DNA of 64,000 nt from Hormiphora californensis (taxonomy: Eukaryota; Animalia; Ctenophora): positions 5,146,001 through 5,210,000 of the forward strand of contig CM035351.1 of NCBI GenBank assembly GCA_020137815.1, in the 5' to 3' direction. Position 1 is the first letter of the stretch. Every line of letters begins with the position of its first letter. This document shows, in pieces, positions 53,001 to 64,000 of the stretch. Made by a program: the position numbers and the translations under genes. Under the pieces are notes generated by a model. That model was not told the origin of the DNA, searched no databases, and saw nothing but the letters and a program-made list of their open reading frames with translations.

Positions 53001-56000
53001 AGTGCTGCGATCACCCGAGATCTCACCTCCCTCCAATTTGCTTTTTGCTCTGTCGTGAGATTCAGATCCCTCAATTTATCTTTACATTTCTCCGGCAGGT
53101 CTGTAAGGAGACTGATGTACCTATGTTCTCTCATCGGGCATTGAGGTAACTTCCTTGTACTCCTCGAACTCCCTCAAATATTGCTGGAAAGTCGTTTTCT
53201 CGTCGTAAATTTTGGGCTTATTTGCGACGGAATAAGAGATTTGAAGATCCTTCTTCGCTTGCCTGAGCTTTGCTTTAACATCCTCTGCTGTGAAGGTCAC
53301 GTTGCCATCTGTCACGTCGACGAAGAATGTGGGTGTCTCTGTATACAGATCTGTCTGATAAACTGTCTGTCATCCACATCTGTGATTCCGCCTCCGAACA
53401 CAACAGTAGTTAGGTCACAGCACCAATTGTTGTGTCTATGATTTGGGCTCTGTGTGTTTCGTGATAACCCAGTTAGTTCGTGTTGTGTTGACAGTTGGAG
53501 TGGACTGTTTGGCCGTGTTTGACTATTGATGTCTGTCGTTGGTTGTAGTTGTATATTGGTACCAAATAATGAGTCGTTGTCTTCGGTGGGTCAAACTAAT
53601 ACAGGGTGTCCCACTGTCTTTGCATCACCTGTGATTTTGGGTGATGAGTGGCTTCCATTCAAATGCTCATAACTCATCGAAAAATAGGTCAAAACGGCTC
53701 AACCAAAAACAGTGTTGTAGAGAATTGTCAGGCGAACATTTGGGTACAAGATTGATGTTCCAAGTCTTACCAACCGTCAGATATATCGTCTTAAAGTCAA
53801 AAATATGTGTTCATGAAATCCGACCGGGGTTCACGTTTTGAAAAATTCACAAATGCAAAGTTGCTCGGATCACATTGCATCCCTCATAAGAGTTGAAGGA
53901 AATTGTCTGGCGGTCATTTTGGTACCCGGGTTTTTGTCCTAGCTCAATGTTTAGAGTGTCTTATGACTGTCAGAACTGGAATTTTCACAAAAGTGGTCTC
54001 AGGTATCTCATTACATTTTGCTCTGTTATGAAGCTCATTGCTGCTTGAATAACATCTTAGTGCATGATAGGGTTGAGATAGACCACATGGGTATCCTACA
54101 CATTAACAGGGGCCTTGCCAAATCGTCATAACAACCCTGTCAAGTGTCTAGATGAAATTGAGACGATATGTGCTGATTATCATGGGATTACACACGACAC
54201 CGAGCCACCTAATTAGGCGTTGTGAGCCGATACCAACCAAGACTCAGCGTAGAAAAATCTTTATGTTCCTACAGTCATAACGCAACTAAAACGTAGAGCT
54301 ATGGAAAAAATCATGGTATCAAAATGAACCTTAGACGATTCCAATGAAGCTCTTATAAATTTCAAACCATTTTACCCATTTGTTGATGACACGTGATCCC
54401 CTCAAAAATGTTGGTTGAATTTCGTCTTTAGACAGTCATAAGACACTCTAAACATTGAGCTAGGACAAAAACCCGGGTACCAAAATGACCGCCAGACAAT
54501 TTCCTACAACTCTTATGAGGGATGCAATGTGATCCGAGCAACTTTGCATTTGTGAATTTTTCAAAACGTGAACCCCGGTCGGATTTCATGAACACATATT
54601 TTTGACTTTAAGACGATATATCTGACGGTTGGTAAGACTTGGAACATCAATCTTGTACCCAAATGTTCGCCTGACAATTCTCTACAACACTGTTTTTGGT
54701 TGAGCCGTTTTGACCTATTTTTCGATGAGTTATGAGCATTTGAATGGAAGTCACTCATCACCCAAAATCACAGGTGATGCAAAGACAGTGGGACACCCTG
54801 TAGTAGAACGTTACAATTATCACTCACTCAAGATATACAACTGTAAGTCTAAGTCGTTCTAAGATGTTAAGAAGCCCGGTTGTGCTCTTCGGTCCTGGTC
54901 TTATATACTGTTCCGTCTCGTACTGGTCTCACATGGTGACCTTAACGAAGTCACCAGTTCCACCAGCACGAGTGGGTCAATCAAGTCATTCCGGGGGATT
55001 CTCTCCCTGAGCTATCACTTACATGTTTGCACAACCTAGGTTGGGTCCGGTGTAAACCTGTCAGGTTAACCTGATTGGATCATAATGCTTCAGTTCTCTA
55101 ACTGTTATCTAACACTGTCAGGCTGGTGTCCGATGCAATCAATATCAGCTAAGTAAGATATAATAAGATTTAATCACTACACATCCTATAGTACAGGGTG
55201 TCCCACTGTCTTTGCATCACCTGCGATTTTGGGTCATGACCGGGCTCCATTAAACTAACCAAAACTGATCGAAAAATTGGTCAAAATGGTTCTAACAAAA
55301 ACCAGTGTTCTAGAGAATTGTCTGGCGAACATTTTGGTTGCAAGATTGACTTTCCAAGTCTTACCAATCGTCAGATATATCGTCGTAAAGTCAAAATTAC
55401 GTGTTCATGAAATCCGACCGGGGTTCACGTTTTGAAAAATTCACAAGTGCAAAGTTGCTCGGATCACATTGCATCCCTCATAAGAGTTGTAGGAAATTGT
55501 CTGGCGGTCATTTTGGTACCCGGGTTTTTGTCCTAACTCAATGTTTAGAGTGTCTTATGACTGTCTAAAGACGAAATTCAACCAGCATTTTTGAGGGGAT
55601 CACGTGTCATCAACAAATGGGTAAAATGATTTGAAATTTACAAGAGCTTCATTGGAATCGTCTAAGGTTCATCTTGATACCATGGTTTTTTCCATAGCTC
55701 TACGTTTAAGTTGCGTTATGACTGTAGGAACATGAAGATTTTTCTATGCTGAGTCTTAGTTGGTATCGGCTCACAACCCCTAATTAGGTGGCTCGGTGTC
55801 GTGTGTAATCCCATGATAATCAGCACATATCGTCTCAATTTCATCTAGACACTTGACAGGGTTGTTATGACGATTTGGCAAGGCTCATGTTAATGTGTAG
55901 GATACGCAAGTGGTCTATCTCAACCCTATCATGCACTAAGATGTTATTCAAGTAGCTATGAGCTTCATAACAGGGCAAAATGCAATGCGATACCTGAGAC

Positions 56001-59000
56001 CACTTTTGGGAAAATTCCAGTTCTGACAGTCATAAGACATTCTAAACATTGAGCTAGGATAAAAACCCGGGTACCAAAATGACCGCCAGACAATTTCCTA
56101 CAACTCTTTTGAGGGATGCAATGTGATCCGAGCAACTTTGCACTTGTGAATTTTTCAAAACGTGAACCCCGGTCGGATTTAATGAACACGTAATTTTGAC
56201 TTTACGACGATATATCTGACGATTGGTAAGACTTGGAAAGTCAATCTTGCAACCAAAATGTTCGCCAGACAATTCTCTAGAACACTGGTTTTTGTTAGAA
56301 CCATTTTGACCAATTTTTCGATCAGTTTTGGTTAGTTTAATGGAGCCCGGTCATGACCCAAAATCGCAGGTGATGCAAAGACAGTGGGACACCCTGTATA
56401 TACAAGGTGGGCCACGGATTGTTGGTCATGGTTAGCGAGGTGGTGCGTCAAAACGGTGATAGTTGTGAGAATAAAAGTTATGGGAGCACTCTGGATCAAT
56501 TCCTTGGTAACTTTTTCCATAATTTTTTGTCAAAAATTCGAAAATTCATTTTTCATTCCTTCATTCATTTCTCGTTCATTCATGATGTGAGCATCCTAAT
56601 TTTCCATCATTAGGCTATTTTTCTTTGGCTTGAATTTATCTTTCCAATGAGCACCATGAAAATGAAATTGAAGCACCAGGTCACTCAGCAGTCGAGAAAA
56701 TGTTCATGCATGATTTTGGCTCTTTTTGCGACTTTCAAACAGCTGTATCACAGCTACCTTTCGTTCAATCTTCTTAAAACTTTGGGAAAACATTAGATAA
56801 GCAAAGATCTTTGCTCACAAGAAAAATCAAGGCCAAAGGTCAAAGTTCATTTTTCATTTTTGTTAGTTCATTCCGTTCATTCAGGAATCAACATCCCTAA
56901 AGTGATGAAAAGGTTTGGGTTTTGTTTGGCCCATGTCCTGCAATGATAGAGAGGTGTAATAGCGTGTTTCCGGGCTAGTTTGTGGGTGTCCATGTGATCA
57001 TGATGATATCTGACACCTTTTCTGAGCCATAACTAAGGGATTTTCTCAAATTCAAGCATGTAACTTGGTTTTTCTGCGATTAGTACCGTGCAGCAATGTT
57101 ATGAGATCTCATAACACCTCAAAAATGATGATTAGCTCAATGAAATGAGTTGATTTATGATTGAAAAGATTAAAACCGATGACAAATTGAACGAAACGAA
57201 CAATTACATCATCAATCAACTCATTTCATTGAGCTAATCATCATTTTTGAGGTGTTATGAGATCTCATAACATTGCTGCACGGTACTAATCGCAGAAAAA
57301 CCAAGTTACATGCTTGAATTTGAGAAAATCCCTTAGTTATGGCTCAGAAAAGGTGTCAGATATCATCATGATCACATGGACACCCACAAACTAGCCCGGA
57401 AACACGCTATTACACCTCTCTGTCATTGCAGGACATGGGCCAAACAAAACCCAAACCTTTTCATCACTTTAGGGATGTTGATTCCTGAATGAACGGAATG
57501 AACTAACAAAAATGAAAAATGAACTTTGACCTTTGGCCTTGATTTTTCTTGTGAGCAAAGATCTTTGCTTATCTAATGTTTTCCCAAAGTTTTAAGAAGA
57601 TTGAACGAAAGGTAGCTGTGATACAGCTGTTTGAAAGTCGCAAAAAGAGCCAAAATCATGCATGAACATTTTCTCGACTGCTGAGTGACCTGGTGCTTCA
57701 ATTTCATTTTCATGGTGCTCATTGGAAAGATAAATTCAAGCCAAAGAAAAATAGCCTAATGATGGAAAATTAGGATGCTCACATCATGAATGAACGAGAA
57801 ATGAATGAAGGAATGAAAAATGAATTTTCGAATTTTTGACAAAAAATTATGGAAAAAGTTACCAAGGAATTGATCCAGAGTGCTCCCATAACTTTTATTC
57901 TCACAACTATCACCGTTTTGACGCACCACCTCGCTAACGTAACCATGACCAACAATCCGTGGCCCACCTTGTACAAAATCATGCATGAGCATTTTCTCAA
58001 CTGCAACGTGACCTGGTGCTTCAATTTCATTTTTATGGTGTTCATTGGAAAGATAAATTCAAGCCAAAGAAAAATAGCACCATGATGGAAAATTAGGATG
58101 CTCACATCATAAATGAACGAGAAATGAATGAAGGAATGAAAAATGAATTTTCAAATTTTTGACAAAAAATTATGGAAAAAGTTACCAAGAAATTGATCCA
58201 GAGTGCTCCCATGATTTTTATTCTCGCAACTATCACCGTTTTGACGGGACAACTCGCTAACCCTTACCAACAATCCGTGGCCCACCTTGTACTTAGTTTC
58301 TTTTAATGCAGCTGACATGCCTCCTTCAACCCAAGCTCCTGCAAGTGTCGGACAAGTGGTGTTAGCAGATAAAATTGATGCAGTTGAAGAGCAGTTCACT
58401 GTCAATGAAGTGGTCGAGCGATCAGGATGGGGCTACTATCAACAGAAGATGCTTCTTGTAACTGGGATCATTTCCTTTGCCACTGCAGCTGAGGTGTGGC
58501 TGGTTGGAATTATTCTAAAGAATATAAAATGCGAATGGGACTTATCGTCCTCTCAGGAATCCTTGGTTATTGCTATACTGTTCCTATTCTATTCCATTGG
58601 AAGCCTAACTTGTGGGTACTTTGCTGACAAATACGGCCGATGGGTTGTTCTGGTGATCACAATCTTCATAACCGGTATCTCAGGGGTTGCCTTTGCTTTC
58701 GCTCCTAACTATTACTTCTTTCTGATTTGTCGCTCTTTCGCCGGGTTCGCCATGGGTGGAAACTATGCCATTTGCATGGTATACTCCCAGGAAATGATGT
58801 CCGCAGCTCAACGGGCAAAAACAATGTTCGTGATGGAAGCGTTCGTGGTGGGAGGGTTCCTGTACCCGAGTTTGGTCGCGTTGGTGGTCATGGATATGGA
58901 GAATGGATGGCGGATCCAGGCTTTCATTACAGCTATGCCCCTTGTGGTAGCTGGAGTTCTCGGCTTATTCTTCCTCGACGAATCACTTCGGTTTCTTGTG

Positions 59001-61157
59001 ATTAATGGAAAGGTGGAAGAGGCACTGAAAATTGTGAATAAAATTTACAAGGAAAATGATCTTAAACCCTTTAAGGGATCTTTGACGGTCATACTGGAAC
59101 GAAAAGGAACGATTGCTGACGTCTGGGCAGCGCCACATACCTTTGAATACATACAGCTAACAATCCATTGGGCGTGTGACAATTACCTATTCTTCGGGGT
59201 GTTCCTCCTCGGCCCGAATATGCTGAGTGATGACTACTGTGGTATGGTCTCCTTTTTCAACGCCACTATGGTAGACGACACCGGATGTGATGTTTTCACT
59301 AACGCAGGGTATTGGTGTTTTGCAGTTATCGCCGTCGCTGTCTTCCCCGGGAACATCCTTTCTATGTTATGTGACTGGATCGGTAGGAGAGCATCATTTA
59401 CGGGGATTATCCTCGTTGGCCTAGTCTCTACGATATTTATGTTTGTCTGCCTCACTAGCTGGGTCACCATCACCGCACTTATTGTCTGTGTCGTCTGTTA
59501 CACTGCAATAACTGCCATTGCCTGGATATACACCCTTGAATTATATGCAACCTACACCCGGGGAACTGCTACAGGAGTCCATAATGCGATTGGGAAGCTA
59601 GGTGCAGCGCTAGGCACCTACCTCACTACTTACCTGTATGGCTACGGGGTGGAGTATGCCTTGCTGAGCTTCGTGGTGGTCCAATCCATAAATTCCATTG
59701 TGGCACTCTTTCCGAAAAGAGAAACAAAGGGGGCAGTGTTGCAGGATGCTAGATCGAAGGCTAGTGTCTGAAGGTGTATAAGGTCCAAATGAGGCACGGA
59801 GCTTTTCTGAATCAGCTTTTCAAGACGAATCCAACGCAACCGGAATTAACTTTCTATCTTATCGGGAAGGTTCGGTTCACTCACACTCATTTTTAGTCAT
59901 TTTTGCCGCACTAGCCAATCAGAGGCCAGAATTTCGAAATCCAGCCCTCTGATTGGATCACACGGCTAAAAATGGAAAAAGTGAACCACTGCATGGATTG
60001 TAAGAGTTGGAGAAGCAGGAAACAAAGTGTCCTATGGAACAATCGATTAGATTAAAGCGAGGGAGAATTAGAACGGCCTCGATTTTGATTTTATTTGGTG
60101 TACAATTAGAAATATTTTTAGGTCTTACTCAACCAAAAAGCGATGTTTTTACTTGATCCAACCCGAAGCCGTTGGCAAGCCCAGGCACTCTGTAGATAGA
60201 AGACATATATAGGTGGCAGGTGCTACGTAAATAGAATGAAGCTTGAGAGTCGATTTATTTCTCTCAAGATGGACTTCTAAATGCCTAAAATGAGTGAAAT
60301 CGGTTAAAAAATTTTCCGGGGGGCATCGCCCCCCCCCCCACCGGGAGCTTTGCAACTGGACCCCATTGGGGGACTGCAGCTGCGGCACCCAAACCCCTGC
60401 CGCTGCTTCTCCGGCGTCGCTTCGCGGCACCGTCGTCTCACACCTAAAAAATTACGGTGCCTCGCACCGTCCCCCCCCCCTGAGAAATTTCCGTGTCGTG
60501 GGCCCTGAACCCTCCTTTACATTTGTGAAAGAGGGTCGTCGGTCGGGCTAGGCAAAGAAAGAGTAGGCAGGGAAGTGCCAGACGCCAGTTTAGTTGGGGA
60601 ATATCAAACCTTGAGAATCAAGAGGAGGGGAGCTACAAGTTCATTCATTCCTTGCACATAAGAAACTTCAGTGTCATAGACAGATAATGTGATCAGTATT
60701 CTTCTCAACATTCGTAGTCCTTCCGAATCCTCTGACTCAAAATAATGGTGTTTTCGTTCCGTTCTTAGTACGTCCTTTCCTACGGTCTAGAGAATTAAAT
60801 TTAGAAAACAACAAGAGAATAATAAAATATTAAATAACATATTCAGTGTTCACTCCGCCCTATACAACACACCTTGATAGCACTTCTCATTTCCTTGTCG
60901 AAAAATGTTGGTTCTGCGTTTATCCACCCATTTCGTATCCTCTCATATTCAGTCTGTAGTTTCAGCTTGGTGTGTGACCTCTTTGCAGCACTGCTGGTTC
61001 TCTCCCAGAGGTTCAGTAAGGTAGGCCATGCCTGAGACCGAATGTCGTCGGCCAAGCCAAAGTGATACGAAGTTTTTCTGAGCTGATACTCATCCAAGAG
61101 CTGCCCTGTAGCATCAAAGAACGATGACCACGTCTCCAACCTAATTTTTTGGTCCAT
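50045..61157 (-). CDS. TBC-domain Rab GTPase-activating protein (TBC1D15/17/25-like) with a low-complexity C-terminal tail; exons 61157-60873, 60786-60610, 52129-51951, 51819-51681, 51574-51413, 51022-50045 (possibly a small in-frame intron near 50823-50933)
   Basis: IRSQAWPTLL, KDVLRT (R finger), YVQGMNEL (Q finger), TFWCFVKLM, FCFRWFLLLFKNEF and LRLWD; exons are in phase. Confidence 0.9.
52739..53330 (-). pseudogene. Frameshifted Ty3/gypsy-type gag remnant
   Basis: FQQYLREFE...W.EV.......Q..EESVMDFYERI...IKERFIDGLRD across two overlapping frames; no pol seen. Confidence 0.75.
53413..55181 (-). mobile_element. 5' LTR (55181-53428, interrupted by a MITE) plus primer-binding site of the gag remnant
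   Basis: The minus strand starts TGTAGTG and ends CACAACA, contains TATATAA, and is followed by AT-TGGTGCTGTGAC, similar to the complement of the tRNA-His 3' end. Confidence 0.65.
53602..54800. mobile_element. Tc1/mariner-like MITE with ~370-bp TIRs and TA target site, copy 1
   Basis: TA-CAGGGTGTCCCACTGTCTTTGCATCACC...GGTGATGCAAAGACAGTGGGACACCCTG-TA. Confidence 0.92.
55194..56396. mobile_element. Tc1/mariner-like MITE, copy 2 (core in opposite orientation, slightly diverged)
   Basis: Same termini and TA target site as copy 1. Confidence 0.92.
56403..57971. mobile_element. Palindromic Tc1/mariner-like element with ~770-bp arms; partial older copy at 57974-58289
   Basis: TA-CAAGGTGGGCCACGGATTGTTGG...CCAACAATCCGTGGCCCACCTTG-TA. 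Confidence 0.9.
58317..59771 (+). CDS. MFS transporter, SV2/SVOP-like (sugar porter/SLC22 family); intronless and nested antisense in the TBC gene intron
   Basis: About 484-aa ORF with roughly 12 hydrophobic segments; GWGYYQ, GYFADKYGR, ES.RFL...GK.EEA, DWIGRR, YTLELY.T..RGTA.G and ETKG motifs. Confidence 0.93.
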   Translation: MPPSTQAPASVGQVVLADKIDAVEEQFTVNEVVERSGWGYYQQKMLLVTGIISFATAAEVWLVGIILKNIKCEWDLSSSQESLVIAILFLFYSIGSLTCGYFADKYGRWVVLVITIFITGISGVAFAFAPNYYFFLICRSFAGFAMGGNYAICMVYSQEMMSAAQRAKTMFVMEAFVVGGFLYPSLVALVVMDMENGWRIQAFITAMPLVVAGVLGLFFLDESLRFLVINGKVEEALKIVNKIYKENDLKPFKGSLTVILERKGTIADVWAAPHTFEYIQLTIHWACDNYLFFGVFLLGPNMLSDDYCGMVSFFNATMVDDTGCDVFTNAGYWCFAVIAVAVFPGNILSMLCDWIGRRASFTGIILVGLVSTIFMFVCLTSWVTITALIVCVVCYTAITAIAWIYTLELYATYTRGTATGVHNAIGKLGAALGTYLTTYLYGYGVEYALLSFVVVQSINSIVALFPKRETKGAVLQDARSKASV

Positions 61158-61668
61158 TGCGAGGCCTAATTCGTCATAACGTCGGCAGAAAATATCAGAC
61201 AACAAAATCTGTTTCTGAAAAACTGCGACTGTTTGGTTTCAAAACTTTTATTTTTTGAGGTTTTAAAATCCGACGCGCAAAACAAAAATCAATAATTCAA
61301 TTGCGCGTACTCGCGCGCGCGACAATTTCAGCTCTTGGCCGGTCTCTTCAATATCAAATTTGATGAAGGAGCAGTTTTCGTTGATGCGTGCAGTTTTCTG
61401 AGCTGGCTCCCTGCAATATAAGCGCGCGCGCACCATTTCTTTGTAAGATATTGGACGTTTCTGCCCGCCATATTGAATCCACGTACACAGCGTGTACAAA
61501 TCAGTGTCCATATGACGTCGTATGTTGTACTTTTTTTCTCGTTTTTTGACTTCTGACTTCTTTGACTGATTTGTTAAGCCTTTAGTGATGCTAGATGTGA
61601 CGTTTCCGACGCTCACTCGCCGATCGGGACTACGTCCGCTTGTGACTTTGGGAGTAAAAAACTGTTAA
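61158..61668. promoter_or_regulatory. Bidirectional promoter region between the TBC gene and EPC
   Basis: Head-to-head ATGs about 510 bp apart; CpG-rich GCGCGCGC motifs. Confidence 0.65.
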
Positions 61669-62604
61669 ATGAGTAAGGTATCGTTCCGTGCCCGTGCCCT
61701 TGATGCTACGAAGCCACTTCCGATCTACAGGAGCGAGGAGATACCTGATTTATATGACTACAATGTCATCAATCGGGCCGTTCCCCAGATGCCCACCGGC
61801 ATGGAGAAAGAGGAAGAAAGTGTAAGTTGCGCGCGGCCGATTTTCAGCCGCGCGCGCAGTGCTGACAGCCGTACTCTCTCCCGCGCGCGGTCACGTGATA
61901 TGTCCTCGTGACACCCAAATTATGTGCTATTTCTGTCACCACACATTCACTGTCTTCTCTCGCGTGTGTGTGTGTATTTGCGTCCTGTCCCGCATGCCGG
62001 TCATCTCTGAACCTCATCTTCCATTTCCTAGTTACACACTAGTCGCCGTCCAATTAGGGTGGTTAATTAGTTAGTAATTAGCGATAATTGGATTCCCCCT
62101 CTCTCGCAGGAGAAACATCTGCAACAAGCCATCGCTGTAGATGCTCTACAAAAGGACAAACCTATTATTCCAACCCCTGATAGCTGCTCCAATGTCCCCT
62201 ATTATTCTGCAGTGTACCGGAGTAAGGTTAAAGTTCCCCGGGATTTCATCAAACTTTCTGGTAAGAACAGTGCTGACAGTTTCAAATGGGGTAAAGGTAG
62301 TTAGTCAACTTGACATGTTAACCACCCTTTTCTTAACCTTCTAATTCTAATCGTTAGGGAACAGCAGTACCATGACAATTTGAACGCTAGCGGGTCCTCT
62401 GTTATTGATTCACCTCATGTCTACCAACATTCCCACATCGAATCACTTCTTCATTCTGCCCCTTCACATGCAATGTAATCTGTCTACTAGGTTCTAACCC
62501 TCTTTCTTCTCTCAGCGTTTGATGCCCTTGGTCTTGATGCCGAGTATGCGGATTATGATATGGACTCAGAAGATGAGGACTTCCTCAAATCATGTAACAC
62601 TAAG
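61669..62604 (+). CDS. EPC1: Enhancer of polycomb homolog (NuA4/TIP60 subunit), 5' exons 61669-61821, 62110-62260, 62516-62604; continues beyond what I can trace
   Basis: MSKVSFRARALDATKPLPIYR..IPDL...INRAVPQMPTGMEKEEESEKHLQQAI..IPTP..DYDMDSEDE matches the EPC N-terminus. EPC1 versus EPC2 cannot be resolved. Confidence 0.93.
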
Positions 62605-63043
62605 GTTAGTTAATTCCCGAGCAAGGCCCCAGATCTAACTTGGTAAAAAGTTAAACCACCCGGAGCCCACTTGTTTCATCCCTAACAGCACTATGTGATA
62701 ACTAACAAGTTTTGGCCATGGGGGGTTTCGAGACTCAAGGGTTCTAAAAAGTAATGTTTTTAATTTTTATCGTTGGTGTTGTTCACAATTGCAATGGGGG
62801 TCTCATGTTAGTTGTTGGTAGTTGCAATACAACAGTATGAACATTACTTGCCTTCTGTGGCTCACACTCCGCTCACACCGTCATTTTATTTAATAAAATG
62901 AGGGTTCGGCAGATCAGAACTATCAATCATCATCGTGCATATTCATGTCATCAACTGTCATGACTGTATTCTTACTTCCCATCCCTCTCTTTTCCTCCCC
63001 ACTTTCTTCTGCTTACTGTAACAGCTGTCTTCATTTCCGTGTG

Positions 63044-63131
<88 letters not shown>

Positions 63132-63297
63132 TTCTCTCACCAGTCACCACCCACAACCTGAGAGGAGCTGCAGCTGTAGAGGGGTAGGTAAATACTTCCT
63201 GGATGTCAATTAGCGATTATACATTTCCTGTTCTTGGGGCTTGAGCGGATTGTACTGACAGCCACCCCTTTCTTTATCCATTTTCTGTTTCACGCTC

Positions 63298-63426
<129 letters not shown>

Positions 63427-63447
63427 CTCTCTCTATCTCTCTCTCTA

Positions 63448-63493
<46 letters not shown>

Positions 63494-64000
63494 CTCTCTC
63501 CATTGTATTATAAATATGTAGTAAAAAATTAAAAACTTGTATTACTTTGTATTCTCATTCCTCTTATTGTTTCTTTCAAAAGAAGTGCAAGATAACCACA
63601 ATGATATATGTGCATTTAACATACCCCCCCCCCCCCTAAATACCAAATTATCCCTACCTTTTACCATATTCAGCCATTCTAAATCGCGATATAATTCACC
63701 CACCCATCATCCCTAATTCAGATGCCCCCCGCAGCAGCTGCCTCATGTCTCAATAATACCCCACAACACTTTATAATACACTACCTTCCCTACTGCCATG
63801 CTGGAATTATGCCCATATATCGGCTATCGCCCTCCCCCAGTCTCTCGTTGTATCACCCGACAGCCAGAAACTATAATCATCAGACCCAATTTGTCTTTCA
63901 GGACTTTTCAGTGTTTCAAGCTAATCCACTTTCTAACCCTCTCTCTCAGGAACAAGAACCCAATTTCTAACCTCCACCACCCCTTTCTCTTGCCCATCTT

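Noticed and set aside
61263-61616. 117-aa minus-strand ORF
   Set aside because: Lies in the bidirectional promoter, has a non-ATG start and no recognisable motif.
62845-63180. Possible antisense micro-exons in the EPC intron
   Set aside because: Splice-like sites exist, but I could not assemble a coherent reading frame.

Overview
This is animal genomic DNA with spliced genes, GT-AG introns and very abundant (GA)n microsatellites. It is probably a cydippid ctenophore (Pleurobrachia/Hormiphora-like): I recognise the dispersed 'QPIRDQYFLIRSVP' repeat from memory, so this is an inference. Genes rebuilt by hand from splice sites and reading phase, in order: the 3' part of an unknown Zn-finger-like gene (+); four co-oriented minus-strand genes, namely kazrin (12 exons, 3 SAM domains), tektin-1 (6 exons), a THEG-repeat axonemal protein and a DFR-like NAD(P)-dependent reductase (8 exons); a small, probably secreted Cys-rich gene with two tandem prokineticin/colipase-fold domains, almost invisible in the ORF track; a TBC Rab-GAP whose 8.5-kb intron holds an antisense SV2/SVOP-like MFS gene, an LTR-retrotransposon remnant and several MITEs; and Enhancer of polycomb, divergent from the TBC gene. 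About 26.9-41.5 kb has no recognisable gene and consists of nested, largely palindromic non-autonomous transposons of several apparent superfamilies plus a local tandem duplication. All exon models are unverified by transcript data, and superfamily calls rest on termini and target-site duplications only.
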